Below, piece after piece: positions 1 to 14,019 of a stretch of 64,000 nucleotides of DNA. Under the pieces are notes generated by a model. It made no database searches, was not told the origin of the DNA, and saw only the letters and a program-made list of their open reading frames with translations. The translations under genes and the position numbers were made by a program. Numbering within the stretch: position 1 is the stretch's first letter; each line of letters starts with the position of its first letter. Origin of the DNA: Octopus sinensis (taxonomy: Eukaryota); the NCBI RefSeq assembly GCF_006345805.1, contig NC_042997.1:158038001-158102000 (forward strand), written 5' to 3'.

Positions 1-369
1 TTATCAAGATACATGCAATCATACATGGACGTGATATAATGTATCTTTGTGCGTGTCTGTGTGATTGTGTGTGAGAGTATATGTATGCGTGTGCGTTTGT
101 GTGCATGTGTGTGAGTGTGTGCTTGTATGTGAGGGTGTGTGTAAGTTGGCACGAGTACACACAGAAATACACCCAGAGGCATATTTGCTCTTAAATATAT
201 GAATATATGCACAGAACTGTCCCGTTATGGTTCTTATACTTGTATGAAAATGGTAATCACAATATAACATACACACATACATGTGCATGCACACACACAC
301 GCTCGCATCTATATATATACACACACATGTGTATATATATGTTTAAGTGTGTATATATACCCTCCTATG

Positions 370-370
370 T

Positions 371-401
<31 letters not shown>

Positions 402-411
402 CATACATATA

Positions 412-506
<95 letters not shown>

Positions 507-510
507 ATGT
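370..510. repeat. Compound (TA)n/(GA)n microsatellite
   Basis: Direct reading; the overlapping ORFs (YIYI/ERER) are artefacts. Confidence 0.95.
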
Positions 511-932
511 AGATAGATAGATTGCTACATGCGTAAAAAGCACGCGCAGATACACACATATATGTTGTGTGTGTATATATGTTGTTTCTCGTGAATATTT
601 TATTTCTGTTTCAAACTCTTTTGTATTTTATATTTGAACACCTTGCATATTACAGAAAGGTATTGTGTATTTAGCATATGCGTTCAATTTAGTTTAGACA
701 TTTCTTTCTATAATTATAGCATACGGTAAACTTTAGTGCAATTTATGGCATTCTATTATATGAAAATTCTGTGTTGTATAAGCTTAATTGTGTATACCTG
801 AGTGTGTGTATGACTATTTCGCTATATAGTCATCAGTGCGTGGGTCTGTGAGTGTGTGTTTGAATGAACATATTTATGTAATGGGTTTTATGCATTTGTA
901 CACACACGCGGGCGCACAGATACACACACGTA

Positions 933-971
<39 letters not shown>

Positions 972-1227
972 TATATAATATATATATATACATATTGTTA
1001 TTTAAAACAGTTAGCTGAATTCGGTTAACTGAGCCTGGGGAGCTAGGTTTTTCTTGGAACTCTGCAAATCTTTAAGCTGCATGGGGGCCAAACCAAACTA
1101 ACAATAGAATATGTAACACCTAATAAATGTGTTGAGTGCCTCTTTCTTTCGTTTGTACACTCACCCGTACATACATACATATATATGGACACACACACAC
1201 ACATATATATGTATGCATGTATGTATG

Positions 1228-1260
<33 letters not shown>

Positions 1261-1308
1261 GTATACATTTATAAATACACACACCCACATATATATATAT
1301 ACGTGTAA

Positions 1309-1355
<47 letters not shown>

Positions 1356-1488
1356 TGCACACATCACGCACACATCAACGCACATACACGCACGCTCGCA
1401 TGCACGCACATACACGCACGCTCGCATGCACGCACACACACACACACACTCGTACACTCACATAGACTCACACATAGTCCCACATATA

Positions 1489-1636
1489 ACGGGTCTTTTT
1501 CTGTTTCCGTCTACCAAATCCACCCACAAAGCTTCGGTCGGCCCGGAGCTATAGTAAAGGACACTTGATCAAGAAATACACAATAGAAATTTACCATGTG
1601 ATTGAAAGCCAGCTTTTTACCGCCCTGCCTCGTCCA
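1489..1636 (-). mobile_element. SINE family B, 5' part (degenerate)
   Basis: Reverse complement of the motif gtggatttggtagacggaaac seen in the fuller copy at 32561-32979. Confidence 0.7.
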
Positions 1637-2137
1637 TATATGCGTTTATACACACACACACACACACACAGATTATCGAGCACACAAACCCAATGTATGT
1701 GTTTTGCTTATTCAACGGTTCGCTGTGGTATAGAGCTTGAGGGACGACTTCGTCATAACGCTGGGAATTAACCAGTGACAAATCAATTCGTCAGTCTGCT
1801 TTTACTTCGTTATTGAATCCAATCTTATGTAGCATTTTAAGAGCATTTTAATAGAGGTTAGAATTATAAGCATGTTTAAACGATCAAATGATCAAATGTG
1901 CACTTAAAATTCAACGAGTTTCACAGGGATAAGTAATATCAAAGTAAATGTTCGGCGAAGAATATAACAAGTGTACATTATTGACAGTTTGATCATATTG
2001 AGTTTTTATAGAATACGTTGACAAGAGAGAATATAACACGGGAAGAGAGTATACGAATATATTTTACGATTTCTATCGTCATGCGCGTAGATTTTTTCCT
2101 TTTTTTCCCTTCGCGTACTGATCCCTGTATACATATT

Positions 2138-2947
2138 CGAGGTGTATGCCAGACGTTTTGAGACATTTTTAATAGAAGTAGTTATAGGTGTCTTAGATTA
2201 GTGTAACTTAAGTCAAATGCATTTATTAAGCTGACGTGTTAACTTCTCTCATTCTAGATTGAAGAAGATGGCAGTAACTGCACATTAAAAACATCCTACA
2301 AAACACTCAATGCCACAGCTGGCTAGTTTGCAGTCAGGAGGTTAAGACAGTTTTGAAGATCACTGTGCAAGAAAGTTTTGTGTTAAACTCGGTAAAAATG
2401 CTCCAGAAACTTATGAAATGTTCCAGATTGCTTATGCAATAAAAGGTCAGGAAAAGCAAATCCACTGGAAACTCAAGACGATCTCCCTTTTCTAGAGCAA
2501 GGGCGTCATCTATATCCACTTGTTACCTTCTGGCCAGATCGTCAACCAAGACCACTTTGTGGAGGTACCCGAGGAAAATCAAGTAGAGATTTCGTTGCAA
2601 TAGGCCAAGGCACCGGCACCAAGAAGATGGACCTGTCCACAGTCCTATCCTGGTAACCAACTAATTGACAGAAATGGACATCTAAACTGTCCGGCACTCT
2701 CCTCACACTTTCGATTATTCACCAAACTAAAGGGAAAAATGAAGGAAGTTGTTACAAAGCTGGATCCAGCTGGACATCCTCACTTTCAAGAACTTAGATT
2801 GGGCCTTCACATAGAGAGTGAAGCCTCTACAAGTGCATCAAAGTCAGAGGATACTACATTCAAGGAGATTAAAGTTTTTTTTTTACTTCTTTGAAATTAA
2901 TAAATGTTTCGCCTGTAAAAGTCTGAAAACCTCTGGAATACTCACCA
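2138..2947 (+). mobile_element. Internally deleted, decayed mariner element
   Basis: Translated pieces KFCVKLGKNAPETYEMFQIAY (N-terminal HTH), VIYIHLLPSGQIVNQDHFVEV and C-terminal KCIKVRGYYIQGD*; imperfect terminal inverted repeats (gaggtgtatgccagacgttttgagac vs rc ggtgagtattccagaggttttcagac). Confidence 0.75.
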
Positions 2948-2954
2948 TTTATCA

Positions 2955-3143
<189 letters not shown>

Positions 3144-5168
3144 TCAAAAATATTTCATCACAAACCCGCGAAATACAAATGTACTCACTCCCAAACATAT
3201 GTATACAATTATCCCGTTATGCAATTATAGTCAAGACCGACAATGTTAATTTGTAACATAACCACGTGATCTTATGTTCAGGCTGTTTGCTTGTTACTGG
3301 TGTTTGACTCCAAATAGCCAAACGGCAATGGATAGCACACTTAGAATTTTGTAACTCAGGTCAACTTGTCCTCTATAACTGTAACAAGAAACAAGATTAA
3401 GTAAAAAGCGAAAATCAAAAATATTTAAAGATATTAATTTGATCGATAATCAAAAATTAGTCTTCAACCTTGAAGATATTCCTTGATACCTCAGATCATT
3501 TCTCTATGATGTTTACTAATATTCCTGCTTTCAACTACATCAATGTATATTGTCATTACGTCATTTAATGTTTAATATGGGCGAAGTTTTGTTTATGAAG
3601 TTAAAAGATCGCTTCTTCGACATATGGTTTCGGTTTCAATGCCACTGCATGGACATTTCAGTCAAAGTGTTTACCAAAGATTCGAGTCGAACAAAAGATT
3701 GTGAATGAAATTTGAACGGCAAAATCTATTTCGAAGCCTGACAGAAAGACGATTACCATCTCTCGAGTACAAGAATTAATCTGTTGTCTATTTTAATACC
3801 ACCACATGTCTGAATCTGGCTGAATTTACTCTTTTTCAAGTATTTGAGCTATCTCCTGATCTGAGAATAACTTTATCCCTGCCTCCTAACAGTTTCAGCG
3901 ACCCTGAAATAAAGTTCACGGGTCTCTGCTCTTCATCCTCTGGCAAAGCCATAATAATTAAAAAATGGCAGTTTGTTTCAAAGATTATATGAAATCGATC
4001 ATTGAAAAGCAAGAGCTGACACATCAAACAAACAGAAAAATCCAAGAGAAAAGAAAATGGAAAGAGTAATGGTTTTGGTAAGGAATAAACATATTTCGTT
4101 ATTAAAAACTGAATCTGCTTTCTTAGCGTTATTGACTTTATATTTTATTTTTTTTCATATGTAGGTCAGTTGGTCATGGTTGAATTGCTTTGATATGGAT
4201 ATATCTTACTTCAAAGCAATAGTAAAACAAAAACGTCTACTAGCCAAATTAATATTCAGTGAAAATTGCTTTAACAACGTAGAACAATGGATAGGATTCT
4301 AGTCCAAAATGATCTGTGAGCCAATTTACATTATTTTTTAAAGCTAATGAGTTGTACTGATACTACTATTGAAAAACAGTAAAATGAAAACAGGTAAACG
4401 AAATAGGAACAATTTATTCTTGAAATCCATATCTCAGTTACCCTTTTAAAATCTAGCATACATGACATGGTTCAGTGTATACAGGGGCTAACTGGAATGT
4501 ATTTGATAATATGTCCTCTCATTTACAGCTGAGGAATAAACAGACATAAAACAAAAGTGATAAGAAACTGAGCCAACATAGAAACCTCCACACCGTCTCA
4601 CAAAGTACGACATACAGCAAACAAATGCTCATCAAATCATACCATCTTAACTAAAAATAACATTGGACAATATATATTCCTGATAATATGATCGATGGTC
4701 ACAGATGAGACGTCTTTCATAGGTCAACTCAGTCAGGGCTAAATTGGAACTTAGAAGCAACAACAACGATAACAGTAAATATGCAGATAACAATTTGGAG
4801 TTTGTAGGAAAACATGAATAATACATTTTTAGGCGCTTGGTATTTATAAAGAAGATAATGTTTTCTTTAAGTTTCACGTGAATGTTAAACAACAACCATT
4901 GATATGGAACCATAGATCACCTGTCATTTATTGTATATTTTCTAACATTACTGCAATATCTTATTCCCTTTCGAAATGTATTGATCTTTTCTTGACACCT
5001 GTATCTAATGTATCTAATTCCCTTGCTACACTTTTTAACATTATTTGCAGACAGAATCCGCACGAAATGAATCTATTGGGAAGTTTCAATATTTCATTTC
5101 TAAATTTAGAAACAACTAGTTTATCACTAACCTCATTTATATCATTTTAACGTTCTTGTTTTCTTTAG

Positions 5169-5190
5169 CTCGAGAGTTTTTGAGCAAATG
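5169..5190 (+). CDS. Candidate micro-exon (22 nt) of an unidentified gene
   Basis: Acceptor ttttaacgttcttgttttctttag| and donor ATG|gtaaac. Confidence 0.35.
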
Positions 5191-5728
5191 GTAAACTTTT
5201 GTATTGGGTGTGCTCCATTTTCGATTCTTGGCTGGTACTATTGATAAACATTTCTGTTCCAGTGTCTGAAAAGATTAGAGGATTTGGTTTTCCAAAGATT
5301 TACGCATAAAGTACACTCTGTTACAAATAATCGGTCGACTGTTGGAATAAATCACTGGAGACATCTATATTTGAATTCAAAACTTGCAGGAGTATATTTT
5401 CTTTTCTTTACCCTTGTGCCGATAACGCGACAGTAACTATATTAAGCTCAGTTCAACTACCTATCCTCTATAAATTTGTGGTCTACAACAAATCTTCATT
5501 AATAACAGAATAATGTGACAAGCTCTGCATTAGCTCGAAGCACCATATAAATTTATTCTTTACTTTGTTCTTAAGGAAGGCATGAACTTCACAGTATATA
5601 TTTTCTTCCTATATACTGTCTAGCTTTCTATCAAAGCCGAGATTAACGACTTATTACTCATACTTTTAACAACTGAAATTTGACAGTACTTTTGTAAATA
5701 AATATTTAATCGGTATTTCTCTTTGTAG

Positions 5729-5758
5729 CCTAAAAGACCATTACTATTTTTGATGAAG
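5729..5758 (+). CDS. Candidate micro-exon (30 nt; 22 nt if the AG ending at 5736 is used)
   Basis: Acceptor cggtatttctctttgtag| and donor AAG|gtaaag. Confidence 0.35.
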
Positions 5759-6990
5759 GTAAAGACTCATTGAATATTTGGTTTCTGTAAAACTTAATAA
5801 GAAATCACCCCAGCTGTGTAGAACTAGAAATTGCAGGCTAAAATGGCTTCCGTTTACTTCTCAGTTCATGGAAATTCACAGTTCTACTATATTCTCACGT
5901 TTTATCAAATGTGACCTGCCTTGGGTTCATTGACTTTTAACATATCAACACCTAACTTTCAGTTACTTTTAAACCACCACAATACAATTCAAACAATATT
6001 TTCATGTTCCATACAGAGATATCACATCGACGCCTGACTAAGTCTGTTGTGAGATGTAACCTAAACACCTCACACCAGATGTGAAACTATCTGTCAATGA
6101 ACAGTCTTTCTAATTATTCTTGGACATAACATACAAATCTAGCCTCTTTCACATATCCCCAAAATATGGTCACTCTACATATCAAAGAAATACATCATTG
6201 TTTCAGTTATACATTAGCAACTCATAATTAAAACATTCACACTCTCTAAAAAGTCTCAAAATCTCTAATGTGGTACTCCTTTCATCTTTGAAATAGCAAA
6301 CGGTATAATATGAGGATACTATTGATGTTTTACATTCAGAAATAGTAAACCTAACACTTCAAACAATGGAATAAATGTGGGTAGTGTTCTTTGTCAGAGA
6401 AATAAGGAATGACTACTAAACAGTAAACGAACACTGCATCACAAAGAACACCTTTTCCTCTTTAGTGTCATCCCAGAACAGACATTGACACAACAATTTA
6501 GAATAATATTTACATATCTGTTTACCAATATACACAGCACAAATGTTAGCGTTGTATCCATCGACAAACCAAAGATGAGGCGTCAACGCGATTGATCCTC
6601 AAGTTGGAAATATCAACCAGATGTTCTTAAAGTTGATAAATGCTTTCTTAAAATTACTATCCATTTCGAAAAAAGTGCGAAAGTTACACATAGAGAACCA
6701 CTTATTTAAAGGGCTAAACAACAGTAAACCATTTCACTTTCCTTAAGAAAGTAAAAAGGATTCAATAACTTAATAGAAATGCAATAAATTTCAATACGTT
6801 ACAATGTCAAGGACACTAACACATTTACCCTTTGTAAACCTATACGTCACTATCAGAATTATTAATGCTCTTCCTTTGAAGCCGACTTCATACGTGATAT
6901 TTCCACAGATCCCTACTTATCTTCTCCTTAGTTTTATATTTCATCTATAATCCACAAAACTAAAACACTTCTAAATTTCTGTTTCTGCAG

Positions 6991-7006
6991 GACCTTCTGG
7001 AATTCT
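6991..7006 (+). CDS. Candidate micro-exon (16 nt)
   Basis: Acceptor ttctaaatttctgtttctgcag| and donor TCT|gtaagt. Confidence 0.45.
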
Positions 7007-7149
7007 GTAAGTGCTCAATGAATGCATAAAAGGAATGCATTTACATTCGTTTAAGCTCTATAATATCTAAATTCATTTCAGTCTTGATTCACAATGTGTT
7101 GGACATAAAAATTTTCCAAATTAAGCTACCACTGCGCTAATAATTTATG

Positions 7150-8075
7150 CTGTGAGTCAATGGGCAGACAGAAACAAAATGCAACTGAATGAGGGAAAAT
7201 TTGAGCTGATGCATTTTGGAAGAAATTCCTCACTAAAATAACCTTACTCTCTTCCTTCAGGGGAACCGCTCACAGCCTCTAACAATATCAGAGACCTGGG
7301 TGTAATTGTTGATGACGATCTCAGTTGGAATGCACACATCAACAAGAAGGTCGATATAGCTCGTAGGACGAGTTCCTGGATCTTAAGAACTTTCCGGTCC
7401 AGAGAACAAGGTGTCATCATACCACTTTTTTCCTCCTTTGTACGGCCACACCTTGAATACTGCTGCCCACTGTGGTCTCCCCATACAAGAAAAAACATCT
7501 CCAGAATTGAGTCACCCCAGAGGGCACTCACTAAACGAATTGAAGGCATGGCTGCTCTCGATTATTGGGATCGCCTTAAAGCCTTGAAACTTTACTCCCT
7601 CCAGCGTCGCCGTGAGCGGTACATCATTTGTACGATGTGGAGAATATACCGCCAACTTTGCCAAAACGACCTTAACATTAGCTTCAAGGTTCATCCAAGA
7701 CTGGGACCACGGGCCATACGTCCTCTGCCCAATTCAAGATCACAACATACATGTACACTGCAACATAATTTCTTTTACTCAACAGGCCCTGCCCTATTTA
7801 ACATTGTCCCGAGGGAGATCAAAGAGGAAAAGAATCCCATCAACTTTAAACGGAGTCTGGATAGATTCCTTCAAAGAATACCAGATAAGCCACCCATAAT
7901 TGGATACAACTCACCCAACAAGAACTCACTACTTGAACAAAACTTGATACAACTCACCCAACAAGAACTCACAACTTGAACAAAACTTGACTTAAACAGG
8001 ATTCGAATAATCCTATCAGGTGGTGCTATTAAGTTAGACATGGCCTGGACCAATCTTTGGTCGAAACAAATCTAA
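7150..8075 (+). mobile_element. 5'-truncated CR1-clade LINE (RT C-terminal region and 3' end)
   Basis: Frame WADRNKMQLNEGKFELMHFG...RDLGVIVDDDLSWNAHI...VRPHLEYCCPLWSP...LDYWDRLKALKLYSLQRRRERY, typical of CR1/L2-group RT C-termini; one in-frame stop near 7228; ~41-bp tandem duplication at 7905-7990. Confidence 0.85.
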
Positions 8076-8184
8076 GTTTATGACAGTATGTGGTTGGAAG
8101 CATCACAGTAGAGATACATGTTATTTTGCATAAACAGGTTTGTATCTTCAATCTTCCTTGGCTTTTTTCTTATTCATTTGACAG

Positions 8185-8217
8185 ATTTCGTCAAGGAGCT
8201 TATGATAAAGTAGAACG
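8185..8217 (+). CDS. Candidate micro-exon (33 nt)
   Basis: Acceptor ggcttttttcttattcatttgacag| and donor ACG|gtaagt. Confidence 0.45.
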
Positions 8218-8445
8218 GTAAGTGAGCGCAGCATCGATCGGTTTAAGTTTCTGCGTCTCTACGCCCCCTAGCGTACATCATTTTGTGACGGCATATGACA
8301 CACAGAGCAATAATTCATGCTCCAAAATTAGATGGACAGAGTAGGGTAAGATCTGAAAGAGGTTAATCTACTAATAGCTACTTCATAGTGCATGTTGTTT
8401 AGAAACAGCAATTGTTACTGAGTACTAACGAGAAGGAGCATTAAA

Positions 8446-8477
8446 TACATACATACATACATACATACATACATACA

Positions 8478-8508
<31 letters not shown>

Positions 8509-8533
8509 GTACACACGCACGCACACACAAACA

Positions 8534-8586
<53 letters not shown>
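8446..8586. repeat. (TACA)n + (CA)n microsatellites
   Basis: Direct reading. Confidence 0.95.
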
Positions 8587-8590
<4 letters not shown>

Positions 8591-8823
8591 TATATTTTAC
8601 TTGTTTCAGTCATTAAATAGTGAAAAATCTAAAGAGAATGAATCGACCCAGAATTTATTTTTAAAAGTCTGACGCTTATTCTATCGGGCTCTTTTGTCGA
8701 AACGTTAGTTTAAGGGGACGTAAACACAGCCGTGCCGGTTGACAATCAGTGGTGGGGACTGAATGGTGAAGAATGTGGCATGATTGTAAAACGAATTCGT
8801 ACCTTATAGCCACACCCGCGCCT
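8591..8823 (-). mobile_element. SINE family B (internally deleted)
   Basis: rc of tail atgactgaaacaagtaaaa and of cgtcccc...cggcaaaagag..cgatagaataag; head aggcgcgggtgtggct. Confidence 0.7.
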
Positions 8824-8824
8824 A

Positions 8825-8850
8825 TGTATGTGTGTGTCTGTGTGTATTTG

Positions 8851-8891
<41 letters not shown>

Positions 8892-8920
8892 ATATATGTA
8901 CATATATATATATATGTATA

Positions 8921-8986
<66 letters not shown>

Positions 8987-9050
8987 GTGGTGTGTGTGTG
9001 TGTGTGTATCTATAAGTATATACACGGCTATGTCTTTCTCTCTCTCTCTG

Positions 9051-9124
<74 letters not shown>

Positions 9125-9125
9125 T
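8825..9125. repeat. Compound (TA)n/(TG)n/(CA)n microsatellite block
   Basis: Direct reading. Confidence 0.9.
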
Positions 9126-9391
9126 GTATTTATGTGAATATACGTATGTGAGGGTTCGTGTGTGTGTTTCAATCCATCTGAATAAAATATGCTGTCCTCC
9201 TCCAAATACAATATGTGGTTCTCTGCCAAACTGCGAAATCAATATTTCCTCGCAAGCTAATTATCAGCAATTAGTTTTAAATATGGACGAATGATTATAT
9301 TCATGTGACGCCATTTTACTGTTTGGATATGAATAAGTAAATAAATAAACAAATAATGGAAGAAAACAGAAAGAAAAATGGATAACTCGCT

Positions 9392-9396
9392 AGATG

Positions 9397-9473
<77 letters not shown>
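9392..9473. repeat. (TAGA)n microsatellite
   Basis: Direct reading. Confidence 0.95.
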
Positions 9474-9474
<1 letters not shown>

Positions 9475-9883
9475 AAACATCTTGTAAGGGGAAAAAAGCA
9501 TATACAAGCGATAATCTTGCAAACACACTCTGGATTGTATTTATAGAATATTTCGAACGCAAAACCTGAAAAAGAAATTTGTTTGCAAATAATTAATGTA
9601 TGTTGACTTTCGATTGAGTAGAGAATACAATGGTGATATTTATATTAAATAAATCTTGTAAGTTACTAGCCGTTAATTATTAATTATGACTATATGTCTG
9701 TTTATATTCTTATTTACTGAATTTCCTATCTTTTTTCCTTCTTTCTTTTTTCTTTCTTTCAGGCTTACGCTCTCTCTTAAGCCCCCCCCCTGTATATGCA
9801 CACATATATGTATTTATATATATGTGTGTGGGTGTGTGGGTGTGTATGCGAGCGTGCCTGTGTGTACGTATACCCACAGGCAT

Positions 9884-9952
<69 letters not shown>

Positions 9953-11754
9953 ATATATATACATATATGTATGTATGTATATGTGTGATATATATATATA
10001 GATGAATATATAACCACATATTTCCATGTCCTTATACTTTTTCCTATTTTTTTCTGATTTTCAGTTTTGCAATATAAACAGATATTTTATTTTGATACTT
10101 TATTCTCCGCCATCTCTTCCATTACAATACTACAGTAACCCCCCCCCCCCCCACAACACTACAACTGGAACAGCAACCACCATCATCACCGCCAGTCTCA
10201 GCGTGTCTGTGATTATACCAAGCTTATTATTTCTGACGTTAACGGACACGGCACTGTGAGTAAAAACGATAACTATTATCATAAAGAATTTCCCTGGCTA
10301 CTATCACCTCTTTCGTTCCTACCATTTATTCATAACTACTAGTTTTCTAGAACTGTAATGATACTTCTCAGAAATCACACGCACGCATGCACACTTACAC
10401 AAACCCTGTCTGTGGTTACGAATACATGTGCATTCAGATATTATATGCAATATGCTAGATAGACATATTTAACGTTACTGTGAAGGTACGACCCAGTAAC
10501 ACGACTGTAATATGATTAGTTTCGTCAACCCTAAAAGCTGTTAGTGATCAATTAGTTTGTCTCTCAACCTTCAAATTAAGAAAATATGTCTTCAAGAGGA
10601 AAACATAAACCAACTATTATTTGTGAGAATTTTACACAATGTGGCTGTGTTGGTGGTCAGGATGTAAGTCTCCACAAGAAATACGAAACTCGTCGGATGA
10701 CTCTTAGGCACTAATATTTATGAGGTTTATTCAGAACTCGTATCGTTGCAGTGCAACATATATTTGTTTATTAAACATATTGTGCATGATTTCCATACAT
10801 ACACACATACACACACACACACAGACACAGACTCACACACACACATTTAAGTCTGCTTGGGGTATACAGGCTGAAGATGCCAGATCTCATCCGGACTTTC
10901 AATGCGAGTACACTGAGAGTACGAAATCGTTCTCTGAACAAGACATCAGATCGCTGTAGGATTAGCAAAGGTGCTCATGGTTCGCGTTAGAAGAATGGGA
11001 AATGAAGAAACTTTCTCAAGGAGGCCTGTTTCACGAATCAAACTTAGCATCTAACAATCGTATTTCAATTAAACTATTCAATCAACCACGCGCAGTCATA
11101 CACACACACACACATGCGTGCACATACACCTTCACGCACTTGCCAAAACAAAAACATCAATTATAATAATAGTCCAAGACAAAAATATAAATATTCTTTT
11201 TAATATTGGCACAAGTCCAGAAATTTCGAGGGAAAGGGGTAAGGCGACTACACCGACCAAATTGCTAAAAATGTTCTTGTGTTATCGGTCCCGAAAAACA
11301 TGAATGGCAAAATCGATCTCGGAGGTATTATGTTCAGCATTTTGTCCAGCTTGCTAACGATTCTGAAAATTCGCCGCCTTCGTTGAATATAAAATTTAAA
11401 AAAAACCACGTTATTTGTAGCAACAGCAAGATTATAGCTACACGAATAACAATAAAAGAGGCAGTAAAGTGATGCAATACGAATATCAGGAAAAAAGCAT
11501 CAACAGCGAAGTCAACCGACAATACGTTAACAAAGAGGAACAACGTCGGCGGTAGAAAGCACAACGACAACAACAAGAACAAGAAATATTCGTATAAATA
11601 TTCCAAGTAGTAATTACTATAACAGGAATAAGCATTAACTATTTGTATACAGCCACATCAAACAGGGAAGCAAATAAACAAAAAATGATACACACAGACG
11701 CACATATACATATGTATAGGCAATTATATATATACAAATAAATGTACATGCATC

Positions 11755-11792
<38 letters not shown>

Positions 11793-11808
11793 GTATATTA
11801 TTCGTTTA

Positions 11809-11865
<57 letters not shown>

Positions 11866-12021
11866 TCGTATATTTTTCGTATATATATATTATATACAAA
11901 TATGAATACAAATATATACACTCTCATACACACATCACGCCCACAAACATATATACATGAAGGCACAAACGCTGTGTGTAAGTGTGAATGAGTCTTATAA
12001 ATATTATGTAATATAATACAC

Positions 12022-12074
<53 letters not shown>

Positions 12075-12093
12075 ATATATATATTATATACAC

Positions 12094-12148
<55 letters not shown>

Positions 12149-12247
12149 TATATATATATACATACACACATATTTGTGTGTATAGATATATACATATTTA
12201 TACATGCATACAAATATACGTATGTAGTATATATATATATATAATAT

Positions 12248-12294
<47 letters not shown>

Positions 12295-12370
12295 GTACAT
12301 ATATATGCATACACACACAAACACATATATATATGTGTATATATATGTAGACACAAACATACACACATAT
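11755..12370. repeat. Large interrupted (TA)n/(CA)n block
   Basis: Direct reading. Confidence 0.9.
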
Positions 12371-13377
12371 AAAAGAGGGATAGGGAGATATAGATATAAA
12401 TTACATATTATACTTATAATTCACAAATCTCACGCATCAGATGAGAAACAAGTGAACAAGTAACAAAAAAAATGAAATTTCGTATTAAAGGGGGAATGAG
12501 AAAGATATAATCTAAAACGACTATAATAAAATAAATAAAGATGAAAATAGAAAAAACAAAACAACCAAATAGCACCAGAAATGAATATACAAAAATTAGA
12601 TAACGCAAGGCGATATATCCATTAACTAAACAAAATTAAACTGATCTATAAAAATAATTTATAAAATCTACAAAGAAAATTAAAATTAACGAAATAAACA
12701 AAGGAAAAAAAATGTTAACTGAGGGCAGTTTAATATTATTTCCAATTATAAAATGAATAAATTTATGAGAAAAACAAGCATAATTTACGTCTATTGAAAA
12801 CACAATTTCTAGGAAGACAAAACGTAAAAAACTCGACTAACAAAATTGGATAACATATTAATTTATTTCTATTAGAGAAAATAAAGACCTTATATATATG
12901 TATGGCAGTATGTACGCATGCACATGTACAAACATTCTATAATTCTTTAAGTGCTTTTACTCACTGGACAGCGGCCGTAATTAGGTACTGCTTTGAAATG
13001 CTTGGTTGATCATGTCGGTTTTATATTTTCGTACATGCCACTTCTCTGTGGAAATCAGAAATGAGTTCTAAACTTTAAAATATGTAATGAAATTGATATG
13101 AATAAACAACCACTAAAATTTTGCGCTATAACATCGCCGCTGTCCAGTGAGAGAAATTGGAAAAAGAATAAATGAATACATGTATATTCACGCATACACA
13201 TACATACGCACACACATACACATACACAAATGACAAGGGAACAAGAAATTATGTAATGAATTTCATTGGACTGTCAGATAAATTTGTTTGCTTTTAATTT
13301 TGAGCCTTACTTTTCATCTACAATTTGAACAAATCAGCCAATATTATATTCTTCTTCATAGTCCATGATTATTTTCC

Positions 13378-13532
13378 GACGAGTTGGGTGAATCGTTAGC
13401 ATGCCGGGCAAAATATTTAGCAGCATTTCGTCCGTCTTCACGTTCCGAGTTGAAATTCTGCCTAGGTTGACTTCATTCTTCGGGGTCGATAAAATAAATA
13501 CCAGTTGAGCAGTGGGGTCAATGTAATTAACT
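13378..13532 (+). mobile_element. SINE family A (tRNA-derived)
   Basis: gaatcgttagcatgccgggc...gagttgaaattctgcc...cggggtcgataaaataaataccagttgagc, matches the other family A copies in the window. Confidence 0.75.
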
Positions 13533-13627
13533 AAAATTTAAAACCATTATAATGAAATTCATATCCAGAACACGATGAATGTTCAACATAAGCACACAAC
13601 CACACTCATTACAATATATAAACTCTC

Positions 13628-13922
13628 ATTTTTTGTCGCCCTTTTCAAACCTAGCCAGGTTCATGTGCCCGGTTTCCTGGTTTCTGTGACGTATGTGTTC
13701 CCAGCTGGACGGGACACCAGTACATTGCAGCGTTACTCAAGAAACAGAAAGAAAGTTCTGGCGAAAGAGTAAATCAGGGGTCGCCACCAACCCTTGCCGG
13801 AGCCTCGTGGAGCTTTTAGGTGTTTTCGCTCAATAAACACACACAACGTCCGATCTGGGAATCGAAACCGCGATCCTCCGACCGCGAGTCCGCTGCCCTA
13901 ACCACTTGGCTATTGCGCCTCT
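13628..13922 (-). mobile_element. tRNA-derived SINE, family D
   Basis: Minus strand head gaggcgcaatagccaagtggttagggcagcggactcgcggtcggaggatcgcggtttcgattcccag with A/B-box-like motifs, followed by a non-tRNA body. Confidence 0.75.
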
Positions 13923-14019
13923 ACACAATATATAAACACTTTTGATTATCTCCAAATTTTCAAAATCTTCCCCGTCGTTGATGGAGGTCAACTCACCCAT
14001 TATTATTTCTACTACTACA

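Noticed and set aside
805-840. Minus-strand CTGATGA-CTATATAGC-GAAA hammerhead-like core
   Set aside because: Stem II lacks the closing G-C pair and no stem I can form with the flanks.
19-1554. Numerous ORFs composed of YI/TH/VC repeats here and throughout the window
   Set aside because: Translations of (TA)n, (CA)n and (TACA)n microsatellites.
10850-11070. Possible RTE 3'-end relic (minus)
   Set aside because: Only a faint resemblance; not supportable by eye.
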